Assembly (NCBI GenBank): GCA_963827965.1
Contig: CAWHCW010000002.1
Span: 141,694-205,693, forward strand
Direction of reading: 5' to 3'
Length of the DNA: 64,000 nt
Origin: an uncultured Chloroflexia bacterium
Lineage (GTDB): Bacteria > Chloroflexota > Limnocylindria > Limnocylindrales > CSP1-4
Both the position numbers and the translations under genes were made by a program. The notes under the pieces were generated by a model. That model worked only from the letters and a program-made list of their open reading frames with translations. It searched no databases and was not told the origin of the DNA. The stretch's first letter is position 1; each line of letters begins with the position of its first letter. Below are positions 62,586 to 64,000 of the stretch, one piece after another.

Positions 62586-63948
62586 ATGGACCGCATGAAG
62601 GTCGTGATCATGGGGGCCGCCGGGCGCGACTTCCACGACTTCAACGTCGTCTATCGGGACGACCCGACGGTGGAGGTCGTCGCCTTCACCGCCACGCAGA
62701 TCCCGGGCATCGCCGACCGGCGCTACCCGCCCGAGCTCGCCGGGCCGCTCTATCCGGCCGGCATCCCGATCGTCCCCGAGGACGACCTCGACAGGATCTT
62801 CGCGACCCAGAGGATCGACCGCGTCGTCTTCGCCTACAGCGACGTCGCCCACGAGAACGTGATGCACCAGGCGAGCCGGGTGCTCGCCGGGGGCGCCGAC
62901 TTCGTCCTCCTCGGCCCGTCCGCACGATGATCTCCAGCACCAAGCCGCTCGTCGCCACCGGCGCCACCCGCACCGGCGCCGGCAAGAGCCAGACGACCCG
63001 CTACCTCGCCAGCCTCCTCGAGGCGCAGGGGCTGCGCGTCGTCGTCGTCCGCCACCCGATGCCCTACGGCGATCTCGTGAAGCAGCGCGTCCAGCGCTTC
63101 GCGACGTACGCGGACCTCGACCGCCACGAGACGACGATCGAGGAGCGCGAGGAGTACGAGCCGCATCTCGACGCCGGGCGCGTCCTCTACGCCGGCGTCG
63201 ACTACGAGGCGATCCTCCGCGAGGCCGAGAAGGAGGCCGACGTCGTCCTCTGGGACGGCGGCAACAACGACTTCCCCTTCTACCGGCCGGACCTGTTCGT
63301 CGTCGTCGCCGACCCGCTCCGCCCGGGCCACGAGATGCACTACCACCCGGGCGAGACGAACGTCCGGATGGCCGACGTCGTCGTCATCAACAAGGTCGAC
63401 AGCGCGACGCCCGAGCAGGTCGCGACGGTCCGCGACGAGCATCGCCCGCCTCAACCCCCGGGCCGCGGTGATCCTGGCCCGCTCCGCGCTCCAGCTCATC
63501 GGCGGCGAGATCGCCGGCAAGCGGGTCGCGGTCGTCGAGGACGGCCCGACGCTCACCCACGGCGGGATGACCTACGGAGCCGGCGTCGTCGCCGCGCGTC
63601 GCTTCGGTGCGGCCGAGCTCGTCGATCCGCGTCCGTACGCCAGGGGCGACCTCGCCCGGACGCTCGCCAAGTACCCGGCTCTCGAGAACCTCCTGCCGGC
63701 GATGGGCTACGGCCGGGAGCAGATGGACGAGCTCGCAGGAGACGCTCAACGCGATGCCGGCCGACCTCGTCCTCGCCGCCACCCCGATCGACCTCACCCG
63801 GATCCTGACCCTGGACAAGCCGGTCGTCCGCGTCCGCTACGAGCTCGAGGAGCTCGAGCCGGAGCCGGAGGCTCCGTCGCTCGGCGACCTGCTGGCCCCG
63901 ATCGTGGCCCGGGCCCGGGCGGCCGGCGCGGACGCCCCGACGGCATAG
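62586..63948 (+). CDS. COG2403-type predicted P-loop GTPase (family often annotated cyclic 2,3-diphosphoglycerate synthetase-like); at least 3 frameshifts
   Basis: MDRMKVVIMGAAGRDFHDFNVVYRDDPTVEVVAFTATQIPGIADRRYPPELAG..FAYSDV / ATRTGAGKSQTTR..VRHPMPYGDL..TIEEREEYEPH..WDGGNNDFPFYRPDL..INKVD / VVEDGPTLTHGGMTYGAG..LPAMGYG / TPIDLTRILTLDKPVVRVRYEL. Confidence 0.7.
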
Positions 63949-63958
63949 GGGGACCACG

Positions 63959-64000
63959 ATGACCGACCACTTCCTGACCCTCGATTCCCTCGGCGCCGAG
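63959..64000 (+). CDS. 5' end of a gene running off the window; N-terminus resembles carbamoyltransferases (ornithine/putrescine)
   Basis: MTDHFLTLDSLGAE. Only 14 codons are visible, and the call rests on the HFL..L...L pattern and on the COG2403 neighbour. Confidence 0.3.
   Translation, partial: MTDHFLTLDSLGAE

Overview
Very GC-rich bacterial chromosomal window. Gene content and frequent leaderless TAnnnT-then-ATG starts look Actinomycetota- or Chloroflexota-like, but the taxon cannot be determined from this window. Left third: metY, a NERD protein, an orphan DNA methyltransferase, a large LAL/LuxR regulator and tRNA-Pro. A rearranged accessory stretch follows (about 9.6-23.8 kb), with a second LAL regulator, three decayed copies of a LuxR-3'end / leader / acyl-CoA-ligase-5'end module, a CPBP protease, an ABC-2 exporter, two flavodoxins, a PNPOx-like protein and an MFS pump. 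Middle: a cassette bounded by 53-bp direct repeats (SRPBCC, ferredoxin reductase, Rieske ferredoxin, DUF6448), then saccharopine dehydrogenase, mgsA, fumC, an acyltransferase, Fe-ADH, a DHA2 pump, galKT and corA. Right third: a formate dehydrogenase / selenocysteine supercluster (fdhD, nuoEF-like, a non-collinearly split fdhA with in-frame UGA plus SECIS, selD, tRNA-Sec, selA, selB, mobA), interrupted by a corrinoid-dependent methyltransferase cluster. The two most interesting signals are a ~50-nt structured leader motif present six times, and the split/permuted fdhA. Many genes only read through after frameshift correction, and these frameshifts are very unevenly distributed. Gene coordinates for such genes are reconstructions across frames. 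No rRNA, CRISPR, transposase or integrase was recognised.
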